Assembly (NCBI GenBank): GCA_963779755.1
Contig: CAVZZO010000003.1
Span: 800,001-864,000 of the forward strand
Source: an uncultured Gemmatimonadales bacterium
GTDB lineage: Bacteria > Gemmatimonadota > Gemmatimonadetes > Gemmatimonadales > GWC2-71-9
Direction: 5' to 3'
DNA length: 64,000 nucleotides
The notes under the pieces are model-generated. The model was not told the origin of the DNA, did no database searches, and saw nothing but the letters and a program-made list of their open reading frames with translations. A program made the position numbers and the translations under genes. Positions within the stretch are counted from its first letter, which is position 1. Every line of letters starts with the position of its first letter. Below are positions 43,274-53,082 of this stretch, in pieces.

Positions 43274-44646
43274 CCGGTGTCTCCGCCGACCAGCGCCTCC
43301 TGCACCCGGACATGAGGCGCCCCTTCGGTCACGGGGAGCGGCACCTGGTAGCCCTTGCCGCACCCGCCGCCGGCCTGATTCCAGGTAAAATCGCCGGCGA
43401 TCCGGTCGAGGGCGCCCAGGGTATGAAACAGGTTGCCGCCGATGGTGACGTCCCGGACCAGCTCGGCCAGCTGCCCGTTGCGGATCATGTAGCCGTAGCC
43501 CGCCGTGAAGGAAAAGTTATCCAGATAGGTCTGTCCCCCCTGGGCATCCACCGCGTAGACGCCCAGATCGATGCCCTCGAAGAGCTCCTCCCGGGTGCCG
43601 GAGCCGTTGGCAATGTAGGTATTGGTCATGCGGACGATGGGAGGATGCCGGAAGCTCAGGGCGCGGGCGTTGCCGGTGGGACGCTCGTTGAGCCGGGCCG
43701 CCGTTTCCCGGGAGTGCAGCCGGCCGACCAGGACACCGTTCTGGATCAGGATCGTGTTCTGGGTGGGGGTGCCTTCATCATCGTAGGGCAGCGTGCCACG
43801 GAGTCCCGCGGCGCTGCCGTCGTCGCCGATGGTCAGGTGGTCGGGTCCGAAACGGCGGCCCAGCTCCATCATGGCCCGGGCCTGCGGGTTCTCGTAGATG
43901 AAATCGGCTTCGCTCAGGTGGCCGAAGGCCTCGTGAACGAACACGCCGGCCAGCTTCGGGTCGAGCACCACCGGATAGCGGCCGCCGCGCACGCCGGGCG
44001 CCTGGAGCAGCTCGATGGCGCGCCGGGCCACTCCGCGGAACATCTCTTCCCGGCCCTGCACCGCCCGCCAGCCCTGCCGCAGGCCCAGGGAATCGATGGC
44101 CCGTTGCAGCTGTCCGTTCTCCCGCCCCAGGGCTACCGCCGAGAGCGTCACTTCAGGCCGCAGCTCGTAGAGCGCGGTCCCGTCGGAGTTCACATACCAG
44201 TAGTCGGTGACTTCGTCGCGGTAGGCGGCCTGGGTGTCGACGATGCGGCGGTCGTGCTCCAGCAGCAGGCGATTGAGTCCTTCCAGCAGCGATTTCTTCT
44301 GGTCCAGCGGGATGCCGCGCGGATCATCCTCCAGCGCAGGCTGGACCAGATCCTGCCGCACCGGCACCCAGGCCAGCGTGATAGGGCTGTCCAGCCGGAT
44401 GCCCAGCGAGAGCTCGTGGGCCCGGGCCAGCATGGCGGGCAGCCGGTCGAGGCTGGTGAAGCTGGCCACGCCCCACCCATGGCCCCGGTTGAGGCAGCGG
44501 ACAAAGCCGCCGGCGTCCAGGCTGGCGTTGGCGCCCTCCTGCCGGGCCCCGCGCCAGGCCACCATGCTGGTCCAGGAGCGCTCCAGGCGGATCTCGGCGT
44601 AATCGGACCGGCAGCGTCGCAATGCATCCTGCAACCGGTCGAGCAC
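43270..44646 (-). CDS. tldD: TldD-family metalloprotease
   Basis: GVFVHEAFGHLSEAD, YDDEGTP, TGNARA, PIVRMTNTY, GGCGKG; start uncertain. Confidence 0.92.
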   Translation of the reverse strand: MLDRLQDALRRCRSDYAEIRLERSWTSMVAWRGARQEGANASLDAGGFVRCLNRGHGWGVASFTSLDRLPAMLARAHELSLGIRLDSPITLAWVPVRQDLVQPALEDDPRGIPLDQKKSLLEGLNRLLLEHDRRIVDTQAAYRDEVTDYWYVNSDGTALYELRPEVTLSAVALGRENGQLQRAIDSLGLRQGWRAVQGREEMFRGVARRAIELLQAPGVRGGRYPVVLDPKLAGVFVHEAFGHLSEADFIYENPQARAMMELGRRFGPDHLTIGDDGSAAGLRGTLPYDDEGTPTQNTILIQNGVLVGRLHSRETAARLNERPTGNARALSFRHPPIVRMTNTYIANGSGTREELFEGIDLGVYAVDAQGGQTYLDNFSFTAGYGYMIRNGQLAELVRDVTIGGNLFHTLGALDRIAGDFTWNQAGGGCGKGYQVPLPVTEGAPHVRVQEALVGGDTG

Positions 44647-44684
44647 GTCGGCGGGATTGCCGCCGGTCGCGCGCAGGGCCACCC

Positions 44685-45197
44685 TCAGCCCTTCAGGCGG
44701 GCGGCGTACTCCGGCCGCAGGATCAGCTCCCCGCCCTGGACGATCTCGCGGTCCCAGGGAAGGATGATGAAGTTGTCGGTTTCGAAGGCATGAAAATCGG
44801 GGGCGTACTCGCCGGTCTTGAAGGCCACGGCAGCCTGCACCTCGGCGGGCCAGCGGGCGCGCACCTCGTTCAGCGCCACGCGCATGGTGGCGCCGGTATC
44901 GCAGGTCTCGTCGACCAGCAGGACCCGGCGGCCCTGGATGGTGGCCGGCGGCCCGGCAATCAGCACCGGGGTCTCGTCGGCACCGGGGCGGGAGACTGTC
45001 ATGGACACGAACTCGCACTGGAGAATGGAGGCCACCACCACGCCGGGGATCACGCCGGCCTTGGCGATCCCCAGCACCACCTCCGGCTGGTAGCCCGACC
45101 GGGCCACCCGCAGCGCGAGCGCCCGGCAGATCTCGCCAAAGAAGGGCCAGTCCACTTCCAGCGTGCCGCGGGGACCGGTAGCCGGCGTGCGTTTCAT
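44685..45197 (-). CDS. Type I phosphoribosyltransferase (purine PRT-like)
   Basis: VLGIAKAGVIP, RVLLVDETCDTGAT PRPP loop, FIILPWD. Confidence 0.88.
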   Translation of the reverse strand: MKRTPATGPRGTLEVDWPFFGEICRALALRVARSGYQPEVVLGIAKAGVIPGVVVASILQCEFVSMTVSRPGADETPVLIAGPPATIQGRRVLLVDETCDTGATMRVALNEVRARWPAEVQAAVAFKTGEYAPDFHAFETDNFIILPWDREIVQGGELILRPEYAARLKG

Positions 45198-45362
45198 AGG
45201 GGCCTGATCTCCAGAACGGTGAGCGGGACGCGCGTACTGCAACCTAATGTGGGGGCGATTCCGGCAACAACCGCGTTGCGGCCCCCCCGCGCCGGAGCTA
45301 TTTTGGTGGCAGCAATCGAGTTAGACCGTGTCCCTCCTCCGCCGTGGTGAATTCCGGATCTG

Positions 45363-45803
45363 ATGACTTTCTGGCGGCGACTGTTCGGCCAGCACGAGAG
45401 CGAGTTCCGCCCCCAGCGGCTCGACTATCTGAACGAAGCCCTGGCACTGGAACGCCAGGGCGACTATGAGGCCGCCCTGACGTCCTATCGCCTGGCGTTG
45501 CGCGACAGTCCGGGCGACCCGAAGATCCTGCAGAACATCGCCATCGCCTACACCAAGACGGGCCAGCCCGAGGAGGCGATCCGCCACTACAAGCGTGCCC
45601 TGGAGCTCGATCCCGCGCTGGTGGGCGCGCATTACGGGGTGGCGTTCCTGCTGCTCAAGCGGGGCGAGGTGGGCGAGGCGGCGCAGCACCTGCGCTCGTT
45701 CCTGAGCCAGCCGCCGCGGGGCCCCGATGCCGAGCGCTGGGTGCGCCACGCCGAACACGCGCTGCAGCAGATCGACGCCTCGGCGGCGCCGGAAGCGATG
45801 TGA
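45363..45803 (+). CDS. TPR protein
   Basis: GDYEAALTSYRLAL, EAIRHYKRALELDP..AHYGVA. Confidence 0.88.
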   Translation: MTFWRRLFGQHESEFRPQRLDYLNEALALERQGDYEAALTSYRLALRDSPGDPKILQNIAIAYTKTGQPEEAIRHYKRALELDPALVGAHYGVAFLLLKRGEVGEAAQHLRSFLSQPPRGPDAERWVRHAEHALQQIDASAAPEAM

Positions 45804-46507
45804 CCATGCGGCCCCGGTTGCGGCCCGCCCTACTCCTGCTCGCGGCCGCGGCCTGCAGCAAGTTGTCGGGCGACAGCGGGGTGCCGGTGGCGCTGGAGGT
45901 CCGCGTCCCCGCCGCCACTCAGGTGGAGGTGGGCGACACCATCCAGCTCACCGCACGAGCGCTCAATCAGCAGGGCGACAGCGTCGATGCGCCCATCACC
46001 TGGCGGACGCCCGACACCCTCACCGTCGCGATCGACAGCCTGACGGGACGGCTCACCGGCGTGACGGCCGGGACGGGACGGATCCAGGCGCGCAGCGGGT
46101 CGCTGGTCTCGAGCTTCGTGAGTTTCACCGTGCTGGCGCGGGTGGATACCCTGCAGATCATCCCGCCCGATTCCAGCCGGGTGGCGGCCGGGGTCATCGC
46201 GTCCGGCCCGCTGGTGGTCGAGCTCGATTCGCTCAACCCTCTCGGGCCGGTGGCCGGCCGCCCGGTGATCTACGATGTGGTGCTCCCGCTGTTCGGCCAG
46301 CCGGGCGACACGGTGGCCCTGAACGGCAAGGGCCTGACGGCAACGGCGATCACCGGAAGCGACGGGCAGCCAACCAGCCCGGTCACGCTGAACCGCGTGG
46401 CCGGGCAGCCGTCGCCCGACAGCGCGCAAGTCGAAGTGCGGGCGCAGCGGCCCAGCGGGGCACCCGTCCCCGGGTCCGGCCAGCGCTTCATCATCCGGTT
46501 CGACTAG
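45800..46507 (+). CDS. Lipoprotein with Ig-like (Big_2-type) domains
   Basis: LAAAAC lipobox; VGDTIQLTARALNQQG, ITW, TGRLTGVTAG. Confidence 0.75.
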   Translation: MTMRPRLRPALLLLAAAACSKLSGDSGVPVALEVRVPAATQVEVGDTIQLTARALNQQGDSVDAPITWRTPDTLTVAIDSLTGRLTGVTAGTGRIQARSGSLVSSFVSFTVLARVDTLQIIPPDSSRVAAGVIASGPLVVELDSLNPLGPVAGRPVIYDVVLPLFGQPGDTVALNGKGLTATAITGSDGQPTSPVTLNRVAGQPSPDSAQVEVRAQRPSGAPVPGSGQRFIIRFD

Positions 46508-46591
46508 CCCCCCCGAACCGGGCCAGGCGGAGCGTGGCGGCGGCTCCGTGCAGGGATATGGCCGCCAGCACTACGAAGCGAGGAGGGCCCG

Positions 46592-48421
46592 GTGCCGGAT
46601 CCACAGACGCTCACCGAACTGTTTTTCAACGCCATCGAACACTTCCACGACCGGCCCGTCGTCATGCGGCGCAAGGCGGTCAGCACGTGGTCACCCCTCA
46701 GCTATCAGGAGCTGCTGGAGCAGGTCCACGCCTTCAGCCTGGGCCTGCGCGAGCTCGGTATCGCTCCCGGCAGCGCGGTGGCGATTCTCTCGGAGAATCG
46801 TCCCGAATGGGCCGTCGCGGACTACGCCTGCCTGGCAGCCCGCTGCCTGGACGTGCCCATCTACCCCACCCTGCCCCCCAACCAGGTGGAGTACATCCTC
46901 CGCGACTCCGGCGCAGTGGCGATCTGCGTCTCCAGCCGGGCACAGCTGGACAAGCTGCAGGAGATCCGCGGCCGCCTGCCGGCCCTGCGCCAGGTCATCG
47001 TCTTCGAGGCGCCGGGAAGCCCGGGCGACACCCGGACCTTCGATTCCATGCTGGAGCTGGGCCGCGGCGCGCGGGAGAAATATCCCGACTGGCGCGAAGA
47101 AGCCTGCCGGGCCGCGCCGGACGACCTGGCAACCATCATCTACACCTCGGGCACGACCGGCGATCCCAAGGGCGTCATGCTGACGCACGGCAACATCACG
47201 TCCAACGTGGTGTCGCTGTTGACGGCCCAGCCGTTGCTGGACAGCGACGAGTGCCTCTCCTTTCTGCCGCTGTCGCACATCTTCGAGCGGATGGTGGGGC
47301 ACTACACCATGCTCCACGCCGGGATCGTGATCAACTACGCCACCAGCATCGATAACGTAGCGGCGGAGATGACCGAGGTCCGGCCCACCATCGTGGTTTC
47401 GGTGCCGCGGCTGTACGAGAAGATCTACGCCCGCGTCCTCGAGGGCGCGCTCTCCGGCTCGGCCATCAAGAAGCAGATCTTCTTCTGGGCCCGGAAGACC
47501 GCGTTCGAATGGGCCGACCGCACCCTCGCGAACGAGACCCTGCCGGCCGGCCTCGCCTTGAAGAAGCGCATTGCCGACAAGCTGGTGTTTTCCAAGCTGC
47601 AGGCCCGGACCGGCGGCCGGCTGCGCCTCTTCGTCTCGGGCGGAGCGCCGCTCTCGCCCGAAATCGCCCGCTTCTTCTATGCGGCGGGCCTGCCGATCCT
47701 CGAGGGCTACGGGCTCACCGAAACCTCGCCGGTGATCGCCTGTAATACCTTCGCCCATTTCCGGCTCGGCACGGTAGGCCAGCCGATTCCCGGGGTGGAG
47801 GTGCAAATCGGCCCCGACGGCGAGATCCTGGCCCGGGGCCCCAATGTCATGCAGGGGTACTACCATAAGCCCGAGGCCACCGCCGAGGCCCTGGATCCCG
47901 ACGGCTGGTTCCACACCGGCGATATCGGCGAGCTCGATCCCGACGGCTACCTCAAGATCACCGACCGCAAGAAGGACCTGATCGTCACCGCGGGCGGCAA
48001 GAACATCGCCCCCCAGCCTATCGAGAACCGGATCAAGAGCAACAAGTACGTGGCCAATGCCGTCATGCTGGGCGACCGCCGCAAGTTCCCCATCATGCTG
48101 GTAGTGCCCAACATGGAGAATCTGCGGGCGTGGGCCCTGCGCCACCACATGCAGTTCGTGGACGATGCGAGCCTGCTGCGCAACGAGAAAGCGGTGCAGA
48201 AGGTGGAGCGGGAAATGATGAAACACCTGCGGGATCTGGCCCAGTTCGAGATCCCCAAGAAGGTGCTGCTCATCGCGAGCGACTTCAGCATCGAGAGCGG
48301 CGAGCTGACCCCCACCCTCAAGGTCAAGCGACGGGTGGTGGAGAAGAACTACCGGGATCAGATCGAAGCCCTGTACGCCGAGCCGGAAGGCGGGAAGCAC
48401 GACCTGGTCGAAACGGCCTAA
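46592..48421 (+). CDS. fadD: Long-chain fatty acid-CoA ligase
   Basis: IIYTSGTTGDPKGVMLTHGN, LPLSHIFER, EGYGLTET, GWFHTGDIG, ITDRKKDL, GELTPTLK. Confidence 0.93.
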   Translation: MPDPQTLTELFFNAIEHFHDRPVVMRRKAVSTWSPLSYQELLEQVHAFSLGLRELGIAPGSAVAILSENRPEWAVADYACLAARCLDVPIYPTLPPNQVEYILRDSGAVAICVSSRAQLDKLQEIRGRLPALRQVIVFEAPGSPGDTRTFDSMLELGRGAREKYPDWREEACRAAPDDLATIIYTSGTTGDPKGVMLTHGNITSNVVSLLTAQPLLDSDECLSFLPLSHIFERMVGHYTMLHAGIVINYATSIDNVAAEMTEVRPTIVVSVPRLYEKIYARVLEGALSGSAIKKQIFFWARKTAFEWADRTLANETLPAGLALKKRIADKLVFSKLQARTGGRLRLFVSGGAPLSPEIARFFYAAGLPILEGYGLTETSPVIACNTFAHFRLGTVGQPIPGVEVQIGPDGEILARGPNVMQGYYHKPEATAEALDPDGWFHTGDIGELDPDGYLKITDRKKDLIVTAGGKNIAPQPIENRIKSNKYVANAVMLGDRRKFPIMLVVPNMENLRAWALRHHMQFVDDASLLRNEKAVQKVEREMMKHLRDLAQFEIPKKVLLIASDFSIESGELTPTLKVKRRVVEKNYRDQIEALYAEPEGGKHDLVETA

Positions 48422-48432
48422 CGGATGGCCGC

Positions 48433-48525
48433 AGGGGGCGACGCGGGGGGGGGCGACGCATGCGTCGCCCCCTGCCGTGCGTCGCCCCCTGCCGTGCGTC
48501 GCCCCCTGCTGTGCGTCGCCCCCTG
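48433..48525. repeat. REP-like repeat cluster (TGCGTCGCCCCCTGC, 4 copies, plus inverted GGGGGCGACGC)
   Basis: Directly visible between convergent genes. Confidence 0.85.
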
Positions 48526-48526
48526 C

Positions 48527-49129
48527 TCAGCCCTTCGCCTTTCTCCCCACCCACCAGCCGCCGGCGCTCGCCAGCACCTCGACGGTCTCCGGCGCGGCGT
48601 CCGGGTTCCCCTGCGCCACGATCTGCAGCCCCGGGAGCACCGCCTGGACGGCCTGGCGCAGCCAGTCGCCGCGGCCGGCATAGTCGCCGCCCACCGCCAC
48701 CGAGCGCATGCTGCGCCGTTTGACCGGCAGCGCGGGGCCGCGCAACAGGCTCAGCATGGGGCCTTCCCGCTGGTCCTCCGGCGCATTCACCCCGACAAGA
48801 TGCACCCCCGGAACGCGCTCCGTCAGCTCCGGACCCAGAACCGCAACGTTCCCCACCAGCGCGGCATACCCGCCCGGCCCGCGCAGGCCGAGCAGGGCGT
48901 GCAGGCCCTCCGCGGTGAGGCCGGCCAGCCCCGGGGCGGGACGCAACGGATCGCCGCCGGAGCCGAACACGGCGACGCCGTCCTGAATGGGATATTCGCG
49001 GTGGCAGACCGGACAGCCGAGGTGGCCGCTCCGCACCGAGCGCTGCTCCACCACACCGGGCACGAGCACCAGGTATTGCTCGTCATGCGGCGCGGGACAG
49101 CGGAGGTGGTCGGTCAGCTCGATGAACAT
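48527..49129 (-). CDS. Trm112-like N-terminal domain + degenerate methyltransferase-like protein
   Basis: LRCP...LGCPVCHREYPIQDGV; later LPVKRRSMRSV, VLPG. Confidence 0.65.
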   Translation of the reverse strand: MFIELTDHLRCPAPHDEQYLVLVPGVVEQRSVRSGHLGCPVCHREYPIQDGVAVFGSGGDPLRPAPGLAGLTAEGLHALLGLRGPGGYAALVGNVAVLGPELTERVPGVHLVGVNAPEDQREGPMLSLLRGPALPVKRRSMRSVAVGGDYAGRGDWLRQAVQAVLPGLQIVAQGNPDAAPETVEVLASAGGWWVGRKAKG

Positions 49130-49140
49130 GCCTGAAACCC

Positions 49141-49209
49141 GGTGAGCGGTAAGCAGTGAGCGGTAAGCGGGCGGGAGCTTCCGGCCCCGCTCACCACTTA
49201 CCGCTCACC
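49141..49209. repeat. Inverted 7-bp repeat hairpin, same family as 38897-38953
   Basis: ggtgagcggtaagcagtgagcggtaagcggg...cccgctcaccacttaccgctcacc. Confidence 0.85.
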
Positions 49210-50773
49210 GAAATACCACCCACGTCACCATCCCCTCCTCCACATGCACCCGCCGGAAGACTTTCCGGCCGTTGATCTCCGTGCCCAGTACGTAGTCGCC
49301 GGCGGGGACGTCGCCGACGGCGAAGTTCTCGTGGTAGAGCGGATGAGCGTGGGCGCGGGCCCCGTAGGTTTCGGCGTAGGAGAAGGGCGTCTCCGCGGGG
49401 GCCGCCTTGCGCAGCCCGTAGATCCGTGCCTGCTCAACCGGCTGGCCGTCGGGACCGATCACCTGCCCGGCGACGATACCGGTGCCGGGCAAGGACTTGA
49501 TCCACAGCTCGGGATTGGTGGTCCAGGGCGGATACCGCTGCAGCGAATCCACGATGGCACCCACGGAATCCACGGGAGCGGCGTGGACCTCGAGATGCAG
49601 GTGATCGTTGGTGGCGCGTCCGGTATTCCCGACGCGGGAGATGACCTGCCCCTCCTGCACCCGCTCCCCCACCTGCACCAGCAACGCCGAGTTATGATAG
49701 TAGACGCTGTAAATGCGCAGCCGCTTTCCGCCGGGAGCGCGCAGCGTGGAATCGTGCCGGATGGCCACCGTCAGCGCGCCCGCTTCGGCCCGTCCGGCGT
49801 AGACCACCACCCCACTGCCGATGGCGTGCACCGGCGTGCCGTCGGCGTTGTTGAACTCCACCCCCTGATGCTGCTGGAAGTTCCCTCCCATGGTGGAGCC
49901 GTAGCGGTACGTCTGGTCGATATACGAATTGTCTACCAGATCGATCGGCCGGCGGAACCAGCTGGTACGCGGCGACCGGGGCCGCCGCGCCCGGGGGGCG
50001 CCCGCCCCGGCATAGCAGGGCTTCGCCGCCCGCGCCGGCGGGAGCAGACCACAGTGGGATGCCACCAGCCGCGCGCCCCCCACCACCAGCGTCTGCTCGG
50101 TCGGAAAATCCGCGGGCCCCTCCAGCGGCACGCGTTGCCAGCCGTCGCTGGTGGACTCCAGCCGCTCCGCTCCGTGGGGCGTGCGCACCGCGAGGCCGCC
50201 GCGATCCCACTGGAGACCGGTCAGGTACTCGTCACCCAGCAGGATGAGGGCGGTGTCGGCCGGCCCCCGGGTGGGCGGCCCGGTGGAATCGCCCACGGCG
50301 AGCCAGTGCGCGCCGTCATCGGTGGTGATCTGCAGTCCGTCGGCGGTGGCGATGACGGTCGTATCGCCGCGGGTGGCAATGCCTCCGGGCGCCACATACT
50401 GCCATTCCGGCCCCAGCTGGCCGAAGGTCCAGTTGTGCCAGGTCCGGCCGCTGTCGGTGGACAGCCCCCAGCCGTTCCCTACCGTCCCGTACCACACCTC
50501 GCCCCGCGGCCCGAATCCGAAAGCATTCACGAAGTCCCAGGAAAGCGAGCCCGCCACCGTGTCGGCATGGATCCAGTCCCAGCGGCCGGCGCCCGGCGCG
50601 AGCCGATAGATGCCGCGGCCGTAGGTGCCCACCCAGATGGCACCGTCGGGGGCGCGGGCGGCGGCGAGGACATGGACCCCCCAGCCGGTCGAATCGGGGA
50701 GAGGCGGAAGCTGGGCCCCCAGCGGGGCCGGAGCGAGGGCGACGACGGTCAGCAGAGCCAGGACTCGGCGCAT
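49205..50773 (-). CDS. Exported M23-family peptidase with N-terminal beta-propeller/BNR repeats
   Basis: HQGVEF, YYHN, VGNTGRATNDHLHLEV; STDSGRTW and TTDDGAHW Asp-boxes; signal peptide. Confidence 0.88.
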   Translation of the reverse strand: MRRVLALLTVVALAPAPLGAQLPPLPDSTGWGVHVLAAARAPDGAIWVGTYGRGIYRLAPGAGRWDWIHADTVAGSLSWDFVNAFGFGPRGEVWYGTVGNGWGLSTDSGRTWHNWTFGQLGPEWQYVAPGGIATRGDTTVIATADGLQITTDDGAHWLAVGDSTGPPTRGPADTALILLGDEYLTGLQWDRGGLAVRTPHGAERLESTSDGWQRVPLEGPADFPTEQTLVVGGARLVASHCGLLPPARAAKPCYAGAGAPRARRPRSPRTSWFRRPIDLVDNSYIDQTYRYGSTMGGNFQQHQGVEFNNADGTPVHAIGSGVVVYAGRAEAGALTVAIRHDSTLRAPGGKRLRIYSVYYHNSALLVQVGERVQEGQVISRVGNTGRATNDHLHLEVHAAPVDSVGAIVDSLQRYPPWTTNPELWIKSLPGTGIVAGQVIGPDGQPVEQARIYGLRKAAPAETPFSYAETYGARAHAHPLYHENFAVGDVPAGDYVLGTEINGRKVFRRVHVEEGMVTWVVFR

Positions 50774-50783
50774 GGAACGATCC

Positions 50784-51479
50784 TCAGGCAGGGCCCAGCC
50801 GCATCCAGTCGAGCACGACATGGGGCGGACGGGTGGCGGCGAACACCACGGCCTCGGCCACATCGGCCGGCCGCAGCATCCGCGCGCGAGGGGTGAAGCC
50901 GGGCCGGCGATCGGGATCCACCGGATCCCACACCGCGGTGTCGGTGGGGCCGGGAGAGATCAGGGCCATCCGGACGCCGGTGCCCCGGTACTCCGCCAGC
51001 AGGGTTTCGTGCAGCCCGCGCAGCCCGAACTTGGCCGCGGCGTAGGCGGCGTTGCCGGGGAAGGCGGCGTGATCCGCGATGCTGCCGATGGTGATCAGCT
51101 GTCCCCGCCCGGCGGAACGCATCGCGGGCAGCAGGGCGCGGGCGACGGCGAACGGCGCGCGGAGGTTCAGCGCCAGCAGCGCCTCGAACGCCTCCGGGCT
51201 GGTTTCTTCGAAGGGTTGCAGCAGGAATCCACCGGCGTTGTTGACCACCAGGTGCGGCGGGCCGAACTCGGCCAGGACTTCATCGGTGGCCCGGCGCAGC
51301 AGCACCGGGTCGGTAAGATCGCAGGTGAGATCGAAGAAGGGGCCGTCTTCGCCGTCGGCCAGGCTGCGGGCGAGCCGGACGACCGTCGCGCCCTGGCCGG
51401 CCAGGGCGGCGGCGGTGGCCGCCCCGATGCCGCGGGAGGCGCCGGTCACCACCGCTACCTGTCCCGCGAGCGGGGTCAT
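50784..51479 (-). CDS. Short-chain dehydrogenase/reductase (candidate sepiapterin reductase)
   Basis: [32 protein letters not shown]-coupled to folE. Confidence 0.85.
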   Translation of the reverse strand: MTPLAGQVAVVTGASRGIGAATAAALAGQGATVVRLARSLADGEDGPFFDLTCDLTDPVLLRRATDEVLAEFGPPHLVVNNAGGFLLQPFEETSPEAFEALLALNLRAPFAVARALLPAMRSAGRGQLITIGSIADHAAFPGNAAYAAAKFGLRGLHETLLAEYRGTGVRMALISPGPTDTAVWDPVDPDRRPGFTPRARMLRPADVAEAVVFAATRPPHVVLDWMRLGPA

Positions 51480-52078
51480 TCGCCGGCGCGCACGCCGTGG
51501 ACCAGCCGGAGGAACTCGTCCCGGGTTTTCTGGTCGTCACGGAAGGCGCCGCGGAGCGCGCTGGTGACCGTCCGGGAGTTCTGTTTCTCGACACCCCGCA
51601 TCGCCATGCAGAGGTGGTTGGCTTCGATCACCACGCCGACGCCCTGGGGCCGGAGCACATCCATGAGCGCGTCGGCGACCTGGTCGGTCAGCCGCTCCTG
51701 CACCTGCAGGCGGCGAGCGAAGACCTCGACGATCCGGGGCAGCTTGGACAGCCCGATGATGCGGCCGTCGGGAATGTAGGCCACGTGCGCGCGGCCGAAG
51801 AACGGCAGCAGATGGTGCTCGCAAAGCGAATACAGCTCGATGTCGCGCACCAGAATCATGCTCTCGTGGTTTTCTTCGAACACCGCGTCGCCCACGACGT
51901 CGGCCACCGAGAGGCTGTAGCCCCGGGTGAGCCAGCGCAGGGCCGCCTCCACCCGGGAGGGCGTCTTGACCAGCCCGTCCCGTTCGGGGTCCTCGCCCAG
52001 CGCAGCCAGGATGGCGTGCACGTGCTCGGCGAAGGGCGCGGCGGCCGGCGCGATTCTACGAACCTTGATACTCGACAT
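51476..52078 (-). CDS. folE: GTP cyclohydrolase I
   Basis: [51 protein letters not shown]. Confidence 0.96.
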   Translation of the reverse strand: MSSIKVRRIAPAAAPFAEHVHAILAALGEDPERDGLVKTPSRVEAALRWLTRGYSLSVADVVGDAVFEENHESMILVRDIELYSLCEHHLLPFFGRAHVAYIPDGRIIGLSKLPRIVEVFARRLQVQERLTDQVADALMDVLRPQGVGVVIEANHLCMAMRGVEKQNSRTVTSALRGAFRDDQKTRDEFLRLVHGVRAGE

Positions 52079-52469
52079 AGCTCCTCGGTGTCTCCCAGAG
52101 ACGCAGGGACAACGTCAGGCCGGCCGGCAGAGCGGGCGCCAGCTCCTGCCAGCAGACCACCGCAATGTTCTCGGCCGACGGGATTCGCTCCCGGAACCAG
52201 GGCACGTCCAGATTCAGGTTGCGGTGATCCAGGTGCCGCAGCAGACGTTCCTCTACCAGCTCCCGCAACAGGCCCGTATCCAGGACATAGCCGGTTTCGG
52301 GACTGATTTCCCCCTCGACGGTCACATCCAGCTCGTAATTGTGGCCGTGGTAGTTGGGGTTGTTACAGGGCCCGAACGTGCGCTGGTTCCATTCGTCGGA
52401 CCGGGCCGGATTGTGCAACCGGTGCGCGGCGTTGAAGTGCACGCGCCGCGTGACTCGGCATCTGGGCAT
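52056..52469 (-). CDS. 6-pyruvoyl-tetrahydropterin synthase (PTPS/QueD family)
   Basis: [39 protein letters not shown]. Confidence 0.92.
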   Translation of the reverse strand: MPRCRVTRRVHFNAAHRLHNPARSDEWNQRTFGPCNNPNYHGHNYELDVTVEGEISPETGYVLDTGLLRELVEERLLRHLDHRNLNLDVPWFRERIPSAENIAVVCWQELAPALPAGLTLSLRLWETPRSYVEYQGS

Positions 52470-52547
52470 GCTCGAATTCCGATCGGCTACGGGTCCGCGC
52501 ATCAATACCCCGGGAGCCTGCCATCGGTTCCCTGCCCGGAGCAATAA

Positions 52548-52578
52548 ACGAGAAAGCGCCGACCCGTAAGATCGGCGC
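52548..52578 (-). terminator. Intrinsic terminator after the putative 6S RNA
   Basis: GCGCCGATC-TTAC-GGGTCGGCGC followed by TTTCTCGTTT on the minus strand. Confidence 0.7.
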
Positions 52579-52588
52579 ATTCATGAAG

Positions 52589-52740
52589 AACGGCAACGGA
52601 GGGGTTTATTGAAGCCCGAATCGAATGCTTGGGGCCCTCACCGTAACGTCTGTCTTCCCCCGAGGGGCGTGGCATAAGCTACAGCATGTGGGTCCCATGA
52701 CCGGACCTGTTGGCTCAATAACGGTTCCCCCGCTGCCGTC
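52589..52740 (-). ncRNA. ssrS: Probable 6S RNA
   Basis: Rod-like fold: GACGGCAGCGGGGG/CCCCUCCGUUGCCGUU closing stem, UUAUUGAGCC/GGCUUCAAUAA, central bubble, UGGGACCC/GGGCCCCA, GCUGUAGC/GUUACGGU; own promoter and terminator. Confidence 0.75.
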
Positions 52741-52748
52741 CGGGCACC

Positions 52749-52777
52749 AAGATAGAGATCGCGCACCGATGCGTCAA
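52749..52777 (-). promoter_or_regulatory. Sigma70-type promoter TTGACG-N17-TATCTT
   Basis: Read on minus strand; -10 ends ~8 nt before the RNA stem. Confidence 0.75.
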
Positions 52778-52827
52778 GCAACAAAAAGCCGCAACACGGG
52801 GTCGGAAATCCGGACGTGACCCGACGG

Positions 52828-52974
52828 CTACTGAGTAAGTGCCCACCAACGGACCAGCAGCGTCACGCCGGCCGCCAGCAGCAGGTGAATGGCGCCGACC
52901 CCCACCGGGGTGATGAAGCCGAAAATGACCCAGGCGACCAGCAGCGTCAGCGCGCCAAGGAGAGTGAGCCGCAC
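52828..52974 (-). CDS. 48-aa two-TM membrane protein (lmo0937/DUF5670-like)
   Basis: Manual translation MRLTLLGALTLLVAWVIFGFITPVGVGAIHLLLAAGVTLLVRWWALTQ; GGAGG RBS before GTG. Confidence 0.7.
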   Translation of the reverse strand: MRLTLLGALTLLVAWVIFGFITPVGVGAIHLLLAAGVTLLVRWWALTQ

Positions 52975-53082
52975 GACGAACCTCCAATCGGTATGCTGGA
53001 ATTGTAGTGGGGTACCGAGCGAATCGCAGTGGCGGGCGGCCGGCTGTTCCTGCCCCGTCCTCGCGGCGTGTTACCATTGAAG

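Noticed and set aside
41978..44646. TldD/TldE as maturation protease of the Cys-rich proteins
   Set aside because: Separated by housekeeping genes, native composition, cytoplasmic; proximity alone is not evidence
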